Shown one piece after another: positions 1-9,005 of a DNA stretch of 64,000 bases. Origin of the DNA: Bdellovibrionales bacterium (lineage in GTDB: Bacteria > Bdellovibrionota > Bdellovibrionia > Bdellovibrionales > UBA1609); the NCBI GenBank assembly GCA_043764155.1, contig JAYUKW010000030.1, positions 28,603-92,602 on the forward strand, read 5' to 3'. Below the pieces are notes generated by a model. It saw only the letters and a program-made list of their open reading frames with translations, searched no databases and was not told the DNA's origin. Numbering within the stretch: position 1 is the first letter of the stretch; the number at the start of each line of letters is the position of its first letter. The position numbers and the translations under genes were made by a program.

Positions 1-621
1 TATGATCGGACCCGAGTCATTCGTCCACATGCTAATAAAAACAGACTTCAGTATATTTCAACCATAACTGAACTTTTAATCTCAAGATTAGTTTTTTTAA
101 GTCCTTACAACAAATCCAGACAACTTGTACTTTTTGGTTCATTTAACTTATTAGAATCTTCAGAGGTCTTGAATTCAATGGATATTAGAAAGCTTTTAGA
201 CTTAAGCTTAAGTGCCTTTCCAAGCGCCTTAAATTATTTCGAAGAGCAAGCTAAGAATAGTAATCGCTCAGTGTTTAGTTTTTTTAATTTTTTAGTCAAA
301 GCCAATTTGGTATCTAAACCTGCAAAAGATCATATGACCCAATCTAGATCCGCCCATTTTTCATTATCTGGACTTATGGATCACTTCAATATTTTAAGCA
401 TAGAATCTAAAAGCCGATCAATTCGAGCCAATGACTCTTCTGAAACGGCTTGGATTCGATTTTCAGATTTAATTTTTTATGATCGTTTAAATCCAATTGC
501 TCAGATCTCAAAATATGGCTTTAGGTTCGATTGGATTGAACATTATGTAAAAATAGTTGAAAGCGATATTATTTCTTCTGAATTAAGTGCAAAAAAACAA
601 CCAGGTCCTCTTTTCCAGTAA
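1..621 (+). CDS. hypothetical protein, 5'-truncated by the window edge
   Basis: Frame 1 is open from base 1 (YDRTRVIRPHANK...) through the ORF-track segment 169..621 to TAA; no recognisable motif. Confidence 0.6.
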   Translation, partial: YDRTRVIRPHANKNRLQYISTITELLISRLVFLSPYNKSRQLVLFGSFNLLESSEVLNSMDIRKLLDLSLSAFPSALNYFEEQAKNSNRSVFSFFNFLVKANLVSKPAKDHMTQSRSAHFSLSGLMDHFNILSIESKSRSIRANDSSETAWIRFSDLIFYDRLNPIAQISKYGFRFDWIEHYVKIVESDIISSELSAKKQPGPLFQ

Positions 622-637
622 TCGATGCGCATCTAAA

Positions 638-700
638 ATTAATGGCTAACGCACTTAGGCCCTTCGGGCCAAGGATTAATGGCTAACGCACTTAGGCCCT
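638..700. repeat. 26-bp direct repeat (ATTAATGGCTAACGCACTTAGGCCCT x2) with GC hairpin
   Basis: Identical copies at 638-663 and 675-700; stem CTT-a-GGCCC/ttc/GGGCC-AAG at 654-673; lies between convergent genes. Confidence 0.85.
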
Positions 701-1198
701 CTAGAACTCGCCCAACTGATTGCCCGAACATAAACTAAGTTGTGTCAAAACTAACCCAGGAAAAAATCTAAGCAACATGTCAGTCACAACGTACTGATCA
801 AAAGGTTGATAACTAACGTCTTGACCGTCGCATCTCATTTGGCTTTGTGCTGTGAAATTACAAGTTAAATTAAAATTCTGTTTAATAAAATATTGTTGTG
901 CTTGAGTGACCGAAGCGATATTTAAACGACCAAAGACATCCAATTTAACCTTATATAATGTTTTGATTTTTGTATTAGGGATATTCGGGTAGGTTGCCAT
1001 ATCATAACCACACCACTGATTGGTCAAAAAGTTTTGCTCTTCAACACTTGTTGGCTTATAGGCAACAACTTCGACCGGCTGGCACGACTCTGCCCCCATT
1101 GTAACCCAGCCCAAAAACAAAACTTGAATGGATCTAATTAAAATTTTTGTGATTTTGTTTAAACGTGTTTTTTTTGATAGCAGACTTAATATATTCAT
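701..1198 (-). CDS. putative lipoprotein / exported hypothetical protein
   Basis: Basic N-terminus, hydrophobic stretch, then MGAESC (lipobox-like Cys); several further Cys. Confidence 0.6.
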   Translation of the reverse strand: MNILSLLSKKTRLNKITKILIRSIQVLFLGWVTMGAESCQPVEVVAYKPTSVEEQNFLTNQWCGYDMATYPNIPNTKIKTLYKVKLDVFGRLNIASVTQAQQYFIKQNFNLTCNFTAQSQMRCDGQDVSYQPFDQYVVTDMLLRFFPGLVLTQLSLCSGNQLGEF

Positions 1199-1295
1199 AC
1201 TTAAATTATGGGCAAAATAATTTTATACGCAAACAAAATTTGAAATATTACAAACATAAAGGTCTTTTTAAAAAAGCTTTATGTTTGAATTAGTT

Positions 1296-1335
1296 AAAAA
1301 AAAAAGGGATAAAATTTAAATTTTATCCCTTTTTT
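1296..1335 (-). terminator. intrinsic terminator downstream of recA
   Basis: Perfect 36-bp palindrome 1300-1335; on the minus strand the stem is followed by a 10-U run. Confidence 0.8.
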
Positions 1336-1354
1336 GTAAATTGAATTTTTAAAA

Positions 1355-2464
1355 TTAGTTCTTTTTGGATTTTTTAGCTGCTTCTTTTTCTAAAGCCTCT
1401 TTCATCTCATCCATTTTTGGAGCCGCTTTCATTTCGGTTTTAATAATTCCGGTTTTAATCAAAACTTTTTGTTTGATCTCTTCTAAAATTTTTGGATTTT
1501 CTTTCAAGAACACTTTTGAATTTTCGCGTCCTTGACCCAAACGTTCGCCTTCGTAGCTAAACCAAGCACCTGCTTTTTCAACAATTTCATGTTGAGCGGC
1601 TAGATCTAAAATATCACCCTCAACAGAAATTCCTTGATTATACATCAAATCAAATTCAATTTTTGCAAATGGAGGCGCCATTTTATTTTTCACAACTTTA
1701 ACAGCTGTACGGTTACCAACTATGTCTTCTCCATTTTTAATAGATCCAACACGTCTTACATCTAAACGAACCGAAGCGTAAAATTTAAGTGCGTTACCAC
1801 CAGTTGTAGTTTCTGGGTTACCAAACATAACACCAATTTTCATACGAATTTGGTTAATGAAAATCACCATAGTATTACTACGACTAATAATACCTGTTAA
1901 TTTTCTTAAAGCTTGTGACATAAGTCTTGCTTGAAGACCCATGTGGCTATCCCCCATGTCGCCTTCGATTTCTGCTCTAGGAGTTAAAGCCGCAACAGAG
2001 TCAATAACAACAACGTCAATCGCGCCTGACCTTACAAGAGTCTCTGTGATTTCTAAAGCTTGCTCTCCGTTATCTGGTTGTGACACCAACATATCTTGAA
2101 TTTTAACTCCAAGTTTTTCAGCGTAGTTAATATCTAAAGCATGTTCAGCATCAACGAAAGCCACTGTTCCACCCGCTTTCTGCGCTTGAGCAATAACTGA
2201 TAAAGCTAAAGTTGTTTTTCCAGAACTTTCTGGTCCGTAAATTTCAATAATACGACCCTTTGGAAGTCCACCAGTTCCAAGCCCAATATCTAAACTTAAA
2301 GCGCCAGTACTTATGAATGTCATTCCATCGGACAAACTTGAACCATCGCCTAAGCGCATGATTGAACCCTTGCCGAATTGTTTTTCAATCGCCGAAAGAG
2401 CTAAGTCTAAGGCTTTTGTTTTATCACCATTTTTATCTGCCATTTGTTTTGATGTCTCTTTCAT
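1355..2464 (-). CDS. recA: recombinase RecA
   Basis: [20 protein letters not shown] Walker [39 protein letters not shown]. Confidence 0.99.
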   Translation of the reverse strand: MKETSKQMADKNGDKTKALDLALSAIEKQFGKGSIMRLGDGSSLSDGMTFISTGALSLDIGLGTGGLPKGRIIEIYGPESSGKTTLALSVIAQAQKAGGTVAFVDAEHALDINYAEKLGVKIQDMLVSQPDNGEQALEITETLVRSGAIDVVVIDSVAALTPRAEIEGDMGDSHMGLQARLMSQALRKLTGIISRSNTMVIFINQIRMKIGVMFGNPETTTGGNALKFYASVRLDVRRVGSIKNGEDIVGNRTAVKVVKNKMAPPFAKIEFDLMYNQGISVEGDILDLAAQHEIVEKAGAWFSYEGERLGQGRENSKVFLKENPKILEEIKQKVLIKTGIIKTEMKAAPKMDEMKEALEKEAAKKSKKN

Positions 2465-2506
2465 ATACGTCTCTTCCTTTGTTAATTTTTTTAATAAATT
2501 TAATAA

Positions 2507-3022
2507 TTAATTATTAGCTAAATAATTATTTAATAATTCCCAGGCTTTTTTAGAAGACTCAAGTTGGATTTCGTGCCTAGAAAGTTGATCTCCATTAGAA
2601 CTTGTAAAAACATGTCTTTCAACCTTTTCAAAATCTGGACCAACCACAGCAATGAAAACTAAGCCCACAGGCTTTTCCAAAGATCCGCCCCCTGGACCAG
2701 CAATGCCCGTAACACTTAGCGCAACATTGGTTTTTAAAACAGACTTTGCACCCTTTGCCATTTTAATTGCCACTTCAGAACTCACCGCCCCATGATCTTG
2801 CAACTCTTTTTCAGAAACACCCAAGACATCAGCTTTAACTTGGTTTGAATAAGACACAACGCTGCCCTTATAAACTTTGGACACCCCAGCAAGTTCAGTC
2901 AGCTGACTTGAAATCAGTCCCCCTGTGCAACTTTCAGCAAAGCCCACGGTCCAATTTTTTAGAGATAATAAGTTTACGACATCATGTCTTATGTTTAATT
3001 TTAAATTCAATGTCTGGCTCAA
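2507..3022 (-). CDS. cinA: CinA C-terminal domain protein (NMN deamidase, PncC-like)
   Basis: AESCTGG, YSNQVK, HGAVS, TGIAGPGGGS..KPVGLV motifs; directly upstream of recA. Confidence 0.92.
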   Translation of the reverse strand: MSQTLNLKLNIRHDVVNLLSLKNWTVGFAESCTGGLISSQLTELAGVSKVYKGSVVSYSNQVKADVLGVSEKELQDHGAVSSEVAIKMAKGAKSVLKTNVALSVTGIAGPGGGSLEKPVGLVFIAVVGPDFEKVERHVFTSSNGDQLSRHEIQLESSKKAWELLNNYLANN

Positions 3023-3049
3023 TTTAAAAACTCCGTTTTTTAATTGTTA

Positions 3050-3511
3050 TTAAAGTCCAAAAAAGATTTCAATTTTCCCCAGCGTTCCTGTTGGTAAAAT
3101 TAAAAAGTGAAAAATAAGATTTACTATAGCCCCAGCAACAATGTCATCGGCCATGACTCCAGTTGAACCTGGGACTTTACGGTCAAAAAATGAAATCGGT
3201 GGTGGCTTTACAATATCAAAAAATCTAAAAAGTAAAAACCCTATAACCAGATTAACCCATGACACAGGGACCAATAGAAAAGTGACTAAAATACCAACAA
3301 CTTCATCAATCACCACTTCTTTAGGATCTTTAGATAAGGTTGAATTAAGATATACACCCACAAGCCAAAGGCTCACGGCGCAAATTAAAATTGTGGTAGC
3401 AAAATATATAGGCCAACTTAAAAAGCTAAGGATAAAAACTAAAGCCAAACCAAATAAACTTCCAAACGTTCCTGGCGCGAAGGGGATTAGCCCTAGACCA
3501 AAACAAGTCAC
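3050..3511 (-). CDS. pgpA: phosphatidylglycerophosphatase A
   Basis: PFAPGTFGS, DPKEVVIDEVVG, FLLFRFFDIVKP, GVMADDIVAG; true start may lie upstream (see findings). Confidence 0.93.
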   Translation of the reverse strand: MTCFGLGLIPFAPGTFGSLFGLALVFILSFLSWPIYFATTILICAVSLWLVGVYLNSTLSKDPKEVVIDEVVGILVTFLLVPVSWVNLVIGFLLFRFFDIVKPPPISFFDRKVPGSTGVMADDIVAGAIVNLIFHFLILPTGTLGKIEIFFGL

Positions 3512-3671
3512 AAGGTTTTGAATATAATAAAATGATGAATCTACTGCCTCGTTACTAGCTACTTGATCTTTAAAGTTGTCCGGATTTTTAATATGAACTC
3601 CAAAATAATAATTAGGATATGTTCCGATTTAGAAGCTGTCATTTACTTCGAAATTCTATTATACCTAAATT

Positions 3672-4160
3672 ATGTCTTCAAAGGAATCCATACTTCATAA
3701 AATTGCTGACTATTTGGCGCGTAGGGACCATTCCGTCAAAGAGATTAAAGAAAAGCTTGCACAAAAAAAAATTTATGAGCCAGAAAAAATTAATGAAGCT
3801 GTCCAAAAAGCCATCGATCAAAAATGGTTTTTACCAGACGACGAACTTTCCGCGAAAGTGGCAAGATCTCTGACTTTAAAAAATAAAAGTTATTTTTTTA
3901 TTATCAATTATTTAGAAGACAAAGGCTTGCCCACCGTCGAATTTTCCGAAGAGATTGAAATACAATCGATTCAAAATTACTTAATCAAGAAATTTAAAGC
4001 TTATCAAAACTTAGATTTCGAAGACAAACAGAAAGCTATGAGACTACTTTCAAGCCGTGGCTTTCAAAGAGAAACATGTTATAAAGCATTAGGTTCGATG
4101 AAAGCTAAAGGTCTTGAATCAGAGCATTCGAATTACGATATAAATTATGATTTAGATTAA
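3672..4160 (+). CDS. recX: regulatory protein RecX
   Basis: YLARRDHSVKEIKEKL N-terminal motif and KAMRLLSSRGF C-terminal motif; next to the recA block and alaS. Confidence 0.85.
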   Translation: MSSKESILHKIADYLARRDHSVKEIKEKLAQKKIYEPEKINEAVQKAIDQKWFLPDDELSAKVARSLTLKNKSYFFIINYLEDKGLPTVEFSEEIEIQSIQNYLIKKFKAYQNLDFEDKQKAMRLLSSRGFQRETCYKALGSMKAKGLESEHSNYDINYDLD

Positions 4161-4208
4161 AGTTATATTAATTCAAAATTTAAAAATTAATTAAAGAGAC
4201 GTGCAAAT

Positions 4209-6953
4209 ATGAAAAGCTATGAAGTCAGAAAAAAATTCTTAGATCATTTTGAAAAACATGATCACCAACTTTTTAAAAGCTCATCTTTAATTCCAGCTGA
4301 TGACCCTACACTTTTATTTAACAATGCAGGAATGAATCAATTTAAGGGTGTCTTTACTGGTGAACAACCGGCCCCAAAATCTAAAAAAGCTGTTAGCAGT
4401 CAAAAGTGTGTTCGCGCAGGCGGTAAGCACAATGACCTTGATAATGTGGGCTTCACAGCCAGACACCATACTTTTTTTGAAATGCTAGGTAATTTTTCTT
4501 TTGGCGATTACTTTAAAGTGGGCGCCATTGAAATGGCATGGGAACTGTTAACTAAAAAATATAATCTTGATCCTAAACGCCTTTATGTAACTGTCTATGA
4601 AGATGACGATGAGGCCGCTGACATTTGGAAGAAGCACATTGGTGTACCTAGCGATAAAATTTATCGCTTTGGCCAAAAAGATAATTTTTGGCGCATGGGG
4701 GACACTGGGCCCTGTGGACCTTGCTCTGAAATTTTTTATGACCAAGGCGATAGCGTTGGTGGTGATCCTAGACAAAATGTGATGGGTGGCGATGGAGATC
4801 GATTCATTGAAATTTGGAATCTGGTCTTTATGCAATTTAATGAAGACGAAAATAAAAAATTAAATCCACTACCAAAACCATCTATTGATACTGGAATGGG
4901 TCTTGAAAGAATCACTTCAATTCTTCAAAGACACACCAACAATTACAATACAGATTTGTTTATGCCTTTGATTGATGTCGCTAGTCGAATTTCGAAAACG
5001 AATTACAGTTTTGATATGCCAACACATGATAAAAATGCAGCCGCTTTAAGAGTGATTGCTGACCATTCCAGAGCCATTACTTTTTTAATGTCTGACGGCG
5101 TGATCCCGTCCAATGAAGGTCGTGGATATGTACTAAGACGTATTTTAAGACGAGCCGTTCGTTATGCCAGAACTTTAACTGAGGCCTCGGTTTTACCTGA
5201 AGTTTGTAAACAGGCGATCATCACAATGAATGATTTTTACCCTGAGCTGAATCAGTCAAAAGATTTTATTATACAAACTGTTATCGATGAGCAAGATAGA
5301 TTCCTTGAAACTTTAGATAAAGGAACAGAACTACTTTCGAGTGAAATCAAAAAAGTTAAATCTAAAAATTCAAAATCTATTGATGGTGAATTTGTGTTTA
5401 AACTTTATGACACATTTGGATTTCCATCTGATTTAACTCAGTTGATGGCTCAAGAGCAGGGCTTATCCATTGATGAAAAGGGATTTACTGAGCAGCTTAC
5501 GAAAGCCAAAGAGATTTCTAAGGCTGTTAAAAGTACTAAAACTTATTCGGTCAATAATTCTGATATTATTACTAAAACCCACGATTTAGAAAAAACTAAA
5601 TTTTTAGGTTACGATAAATTAACATCATCAGCTCAAATTAAAAAAATCTTTGTTTTAGAAAATGAAAGTTTAAAGGAAACTAAGGAACTAAAGGAAGGCC
5701 ACACTGGATTTGTAGTTTTTGACCAAACCCCTTTTTATGCGGAAGGCGGGGGTCAAGCTTGTGACACCGGAAAAGGTTATTCATTAAACGGTAAATTGGA
5801 CAGTAAATTAGTCGACAAATTAAATGACAAATCTGATGTTAAGTTAGAGTCTAAACATAGATCATATTTTAACGTCTTAGATGTTCAGAAATACAATCAC
5901 GTTTTTGTTCACACGATAGAAACTCAAGCAGGATCATTTAAAGTATCTGATCAAGTTGAATTAGAAGTGAATTTACTAACAAGGTCTTTAACTGCGTCAA
6001 ATCACTCGGCAACTCATTTATTACATTTTGCTTTAAGAACTGAACTAGGTGTTCATGTAAAACAAGCTGGATCATTAGTTAATTCTGAAAAACTTCGATT
6101 TGATTTCACAAACAAAGGTCCTTTGTCTGAAGATCAGATTTTTAAAATTGAACATACCGTAAATTCTATGATTCAAAAATTAACACAAGTTAACAGTGAA
6201 TCTAAGTCCTACACTGAAGCCGTCCAAGACGGAGCTTTGGCTTTATTCGGTGAAAAGTACGAAGATGAAGTCCGAGTCATAAGCATGGGGGAATCCATCG
6301 AACTCTGTGGTGGAACTCATGTTGGAAATGTTTCAAATATAAAATACTTTAAAATTATTTCAGAATCTGGGGTTAGCTCTGGGGTGCGACGTATTGAAGC
6401 ATTAACTGATTACAATGCGATTAACTATTTAAACACTCAATTTGAGGATTTTAAATCCATTAAAAATTTAGTGCAGCTTCCTGTTCAAGCCAACCGCGAA
6501 ATGGTGATTCAGCAAATTCAAAAAATTAAAACTGAAGTTTCTGATTTGAAAAAAGAATTAAAATCCAAAACTTCAAGTTCTTTTTCGATTGATGATGTGA
6601 TTAAAAATAAAGTTCATATTAAAAACGACATCTCTTTATTAGTTTATGCCACTGACATCAATGATGGCGAGCTTCTTAGACAAGCCGCTGACAAATTAAA
6701 AGACAAGATTCAATCTGGAGTTGTTGTTCTTTTAGGTTCTCCATCACAAAAGACGGCATTATTAGTCGCAGTCACTAAAGATTTAAATCCAAAAGTTCAA
6801 GCCGGGTCTTTATTAAAAGACATCATGCTTAAATTTGGTGGAAGCGGCGGGGGTCGACCAGATTTAGCTCAAGGGGCCATTACGTCTCACTTAGATTTTG
6901 TTGATATCACCATCCAGTTATTAAAAACTCAACTAGAGAAGACCTTAGTATGA
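4209..6953 (+). CDS. alaS: alanine--tRNA ligase
   Basis: DPTLLFNNAGMNQFK, RHHTFFEMLGNFSFGDYFK, GPCGPCSEI, editing NHSATHLL and ELCGGTH, C-terminal GGGRPDLAQG. Confidence 0.99.
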   Translation: MKSYEVRKKFLDHFEKHDHQLFKSSSLIPADDPTLLFNNAGMNQFKGVFTGEQPAPKSKKAVSSQKCVRAGGKHNDLDNVGFTARHHTFFEMLGNFSFGDYFKVGAIEMAWELLTKKYNLDPKRLYVTVYEDDDEAADIWKKHIGVPSDKIYRFGQKDNFWRMGDTGPCGPCSEIFYDQGDSVGGDPRQNVMGGDGDRFIEIWNLVFMQFNEDENKKLNPLPKPSIDTGMGLERITSILQRHTNNYNTDLFMPLIDVASRISKTNYSFDMPTHDKNAAALRVIADHSRAITFLMSDGVIPSNEGRGYVLRRILRRAVRYARTLTEASVLPEVCKQAIITMNDFYPELNQSKDFIIQTVIDEQDRFLETLDKGTELLSSEIKKVKSKNSKSIDGEFVFKLYDTFGFPSDLTQLMAQEQGLSIDEKGFTEQLTKAKEISKAVKSTKTYSVNNSDIITKTHDLEKTKFLGYDKLTSSAQIKKIFVLENESLKETKELKEGHTGFVVFDQTPFYAEGGGQACDTGKGYSLNGKLDSKLVDKLNDKSDVKLESKHRSYFNVLDVQKYNHVFVHTIETQAGSFKVSDQVELEVNLLTRSLTASNHSATHLLHFALRTELGVHVKQAGSLVNSEKLRFDFTNKGPLSEDQIFKIEHTVNSMIQKLTQVNSESKSYTEAVQDGALALFGEKYEDEVRVISMGESIELCGGTHVGNVSNIKYFKIISESGVSSGVRRIEALTDYNAINYLNTQFEDFKSIKNLVQLPVQANREMVIQQIQKIKTEVSDLKKELKSKTSSSFSIDDVIKNKVHIKNDISLLVYATDINDGELLRQAADKLKDKIQSGVVVLLGSPSQKTALLVAVTKDLNPKVQAGSLLKDIMLKFGGSGGGRPDLAQGAITSHLDFVDITIQLLKTQLEKTLV
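5784..5855 (+). repeat. six degenerate 12-bp in-frame tandem repeats inside alaS
   Basis: TTAAACGGTAAA TTGGACAGTAAA TTAGTCGACAAA TTAAATGACAAA TCTGATGTTAAG TTAGAGTCTAAA = LNGK LDSK LVDK LNDK SDVK LESK. Confidence 0.75.
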
Positions 6954-7924
6954 AAGTAGATCTAGGAATTGTTCATGCCCCCATTTGGGAAGGCCAAGCT
7001 AAAACTGGTGTGGCTTTTGGACCAACAGAATTAGAAAAGCGTGGTCTTTATCAAATGTTTTTTGATAATGGATTTAATTATAAAGTCTTTAAACCCCGTG
7101 AAGAGATGAAAACCAGTTTGACATTAAAAGAAAGTCGCTTCGAAGAAAAACCTGTTCACACGGCCCAAGACTATGATGAGTACTTAGAAGCTAAATATAA
7201 AAACGTTCATGATTTAATGCTAGATGCTTTTGATGAATCCAAAATGCCAATTTTACTGGGTGGCGATCACAGTGCCGCAATTTCATCTGTCTCTGCTTTG
7301 TTAAAAAAGTTCCCTAAAGCTGGGATTTTATGGATTGATGCCCACGCAGATATAAATACATTTGAAACCTCACCTACTGGAAATATTCATGGAATGCCAG
7401 TAGCGGCTTTAACTGGAATCATCAGCAGACAAGATTTGTTTTCAGGCGATTGGACTTGTGATTTCTTAGATCCAAAACAAATTGTTTACTTAGGAATCAG
7501 AGATTTAGATCCAGGGGAACGACAAGTTATTAAAGACAAAAATATTTTAGCATATTCATCAGACGATTTAAAAAAAATTCCAATGAAAGATATTTTTAAC
7601 AGTATAGAAAATCATTTCAATGAATTTGGCTTTGATCAAGGAGTGCACGTCAGTTTTGACATTGACGGTTTAACTGAAGAGCTTGTGCCCTGCACCGGAA
7701 CTCCAGTACCCCAAGGAATTGAACTTAAAACACTAGAACTTTTAATTCAGACCATTAACGAAAGATTTGATTTAACATCTGTGGACTGTGTAGAATTTAA
7801 TCCTAGAAAAACAGATTCAGAAGAAGATATTTTAAAAACCTACAATTCGATTCAAGTCTTCTTTAGAACCCTGCTCCTTAACCCAAGCTTTGTGGTGGAT
7901 CGTCATATCTTTAAAAAAGTCTAA
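6950..7924 (+). CDS. rocF: arginase
   Basis: GGDHS, DAHAD, SPTGNIHGMP, SFDIDG, TGTPV..G ureohydrolase motifs; ATGA-type 4-nt overlap with the alaS stop. Confidence 0.9.
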   Translation: MKVDLGIVHAPIWEGQAKTGVAFGPTELEKRGLYQMFFDNGFNYKVFKPREEMKTSLTLKESRFEEKPVHTAQDYDEYLEAKYKNVHDLMLDAFDESKMPILLGGDHSAAISSVSALLKKFPKAGILWIDAHADINTFETSPTGNIHGMPVAALTGIISRQDLFSGDWTCDFLDPKQIVYLGIRDLDPGERQVIKDKNILAYSSDDLKKIPMKDIFNSIENHFNEFGFDQGVHVSFDIDGLTEELVPCTGTPVPQGIELKTLELLIQTINERFDLTSVDCVEFNPRKTDSEEDILKTYNSIQVFFRTLLLNPSFVVDRHIFKKV

Positions 7925-8839
7925 TAGACCCCAATGCTTTCTCATGACGTAGGCATATTTACTGCTGTCATCAGTATGAAATAGTCCTGCGGCATTAAAT
8001 ATTCTGTGTGGACGACTTAAAAGCCATGACCATGAACCAATCTCTAGAGTCCATGGTAAAAACTTAGAATTATAATTTAACTTTTTAAAACTATCATACA
8101 TATGATCCCACATATCCCCGTGAATCATGTAGCTATCAGATTGCTTCTCGAATTTATAATTATGAAAGGGATGAGACACTTTAAAATATCGTGCAATTTT
8201 TCTGGCAAGAGCTTCATCATCAAAGGGTCGCATTGTTTTTCCGTAAGGGTACCACATACGATCCTGCCAACCAAAACCCGAATGAATATCTAAAGCCATA
8301 GAAAACGGAGCTGGATATAAATTTTTACTTACAAAATCAAACAACACTTTATTTTCTAATTCCATATCTTGGGGATTACCACGATACCAAGGAATTTTAG
8401 GGCTCAGTGTTTGTCCTGCGGGCCAAAACGCTTTTCCCATCTCTGCATCAACAGGGGCGTTTCGCATTAAGTCCACCCCATTTGGATTGGATCTATTTCT
8501 TAAATACATTCCGCCGGGATTCACTATAGGAATTGAAACCACTCTTAGTGTTTCTAAATTTTTCGTCAGAGCAATGTTCCAATTTATTTTATTAGCTAGT
8601 GAATTTAAATAATTAACAATAACGTGAGTTCCAATTTTTTCTAATCCGTGGACTCCACCAAACAAACCCATCACGGGTAAATTCTTATCATTTGGACCAA
8701 TTTGAAGTCCATAAATTGGAAACACTTTGTTTTTTACTTTAACTTCCGCTAACGTTTCATATTGAAACAGTGACCCTAGTTTTGAGAGTTTTTTTATAAC
8801 TTTTTCGACATAAGATTGTTCTAAAAAAATATTCTTCAC
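7832..8839 (-). CDS. M14-family zinc carboxypeptidase-like protein
   Basis: GGVHGLE (HxxE), NPGG, RSNPNGVDLMRN, LDIHSG, TLEIG. Confidence 0.85.
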   Translation of the reverse strand: MKNIFLEQSYVEKVIKKLSKLGSLFQYETLAEVKVKNKVFPIYGLQIGPNDKNLPVMGLFGGVHGLEKIGTHVIVNYLNSLANKINWNIALTKNLETLRVVSIPIVNPGGMYLRNRSNPNGVDLMRNAPVDAEMGKAFWPAGQTLSPKIPWYRGNPQDMELENKVLFDFVSKNLYPAPFSMALDIHSGFGWQDRMWYPYGKTMRPFDDEALARKIARYFKVSHPFHNYKFEKQSDSYMIHGDMWDHMYDSFKKLNYNSKFLPWTLEIGSWSWLLSRPHRIFNAAGLFHTDDSSKYAYVMRKHWGLLDFFKDMTIHHKAWVKEQGSKEDLNRIVGF

Positions 8840-8872
8840 AGATCATTACTATCGGAACTCTATTTTAATTTC

Positions 8873-9005
8873 TAAAATGTCTCTGACCCTTTTTTCTGTC
8901 TAAACTGCGTCAATAATAATTTATTGAGTTTCAATGTGTTGTTAATAACATCCATAGGTTATTATTGATGCAGTTTAGACAGAAAAAAGGGTCAGAGACA
9001 TTTTA
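8873..9005. repeat. REPIN/MITE-like inverted-repeat element, family A copy 1
   Basis: 47-bp arms 8873-8919 and 8959-9005 with 1 mismatch; core CTCTGACCCTTTTTTCTGTCTAA shared with 63398-63506. Confidence 0.9.

Noticed and set aside
638-700. Possible mini CRISPR array (26-bp repeat x2)
   Set aside because: Only two copies, an 11-nt spacer and no cas genes in the window
2313-4835. Short alternative-frame or antisense ORFs over recA, cinA, pgpA, recX and alaS (e.g. 3141..3521, 3619..3873, 4548..4835)
   Set aside because: Shadow ORFs of well-supported genes with no motifs; the same applies to the other short overlapping ORFs in the track
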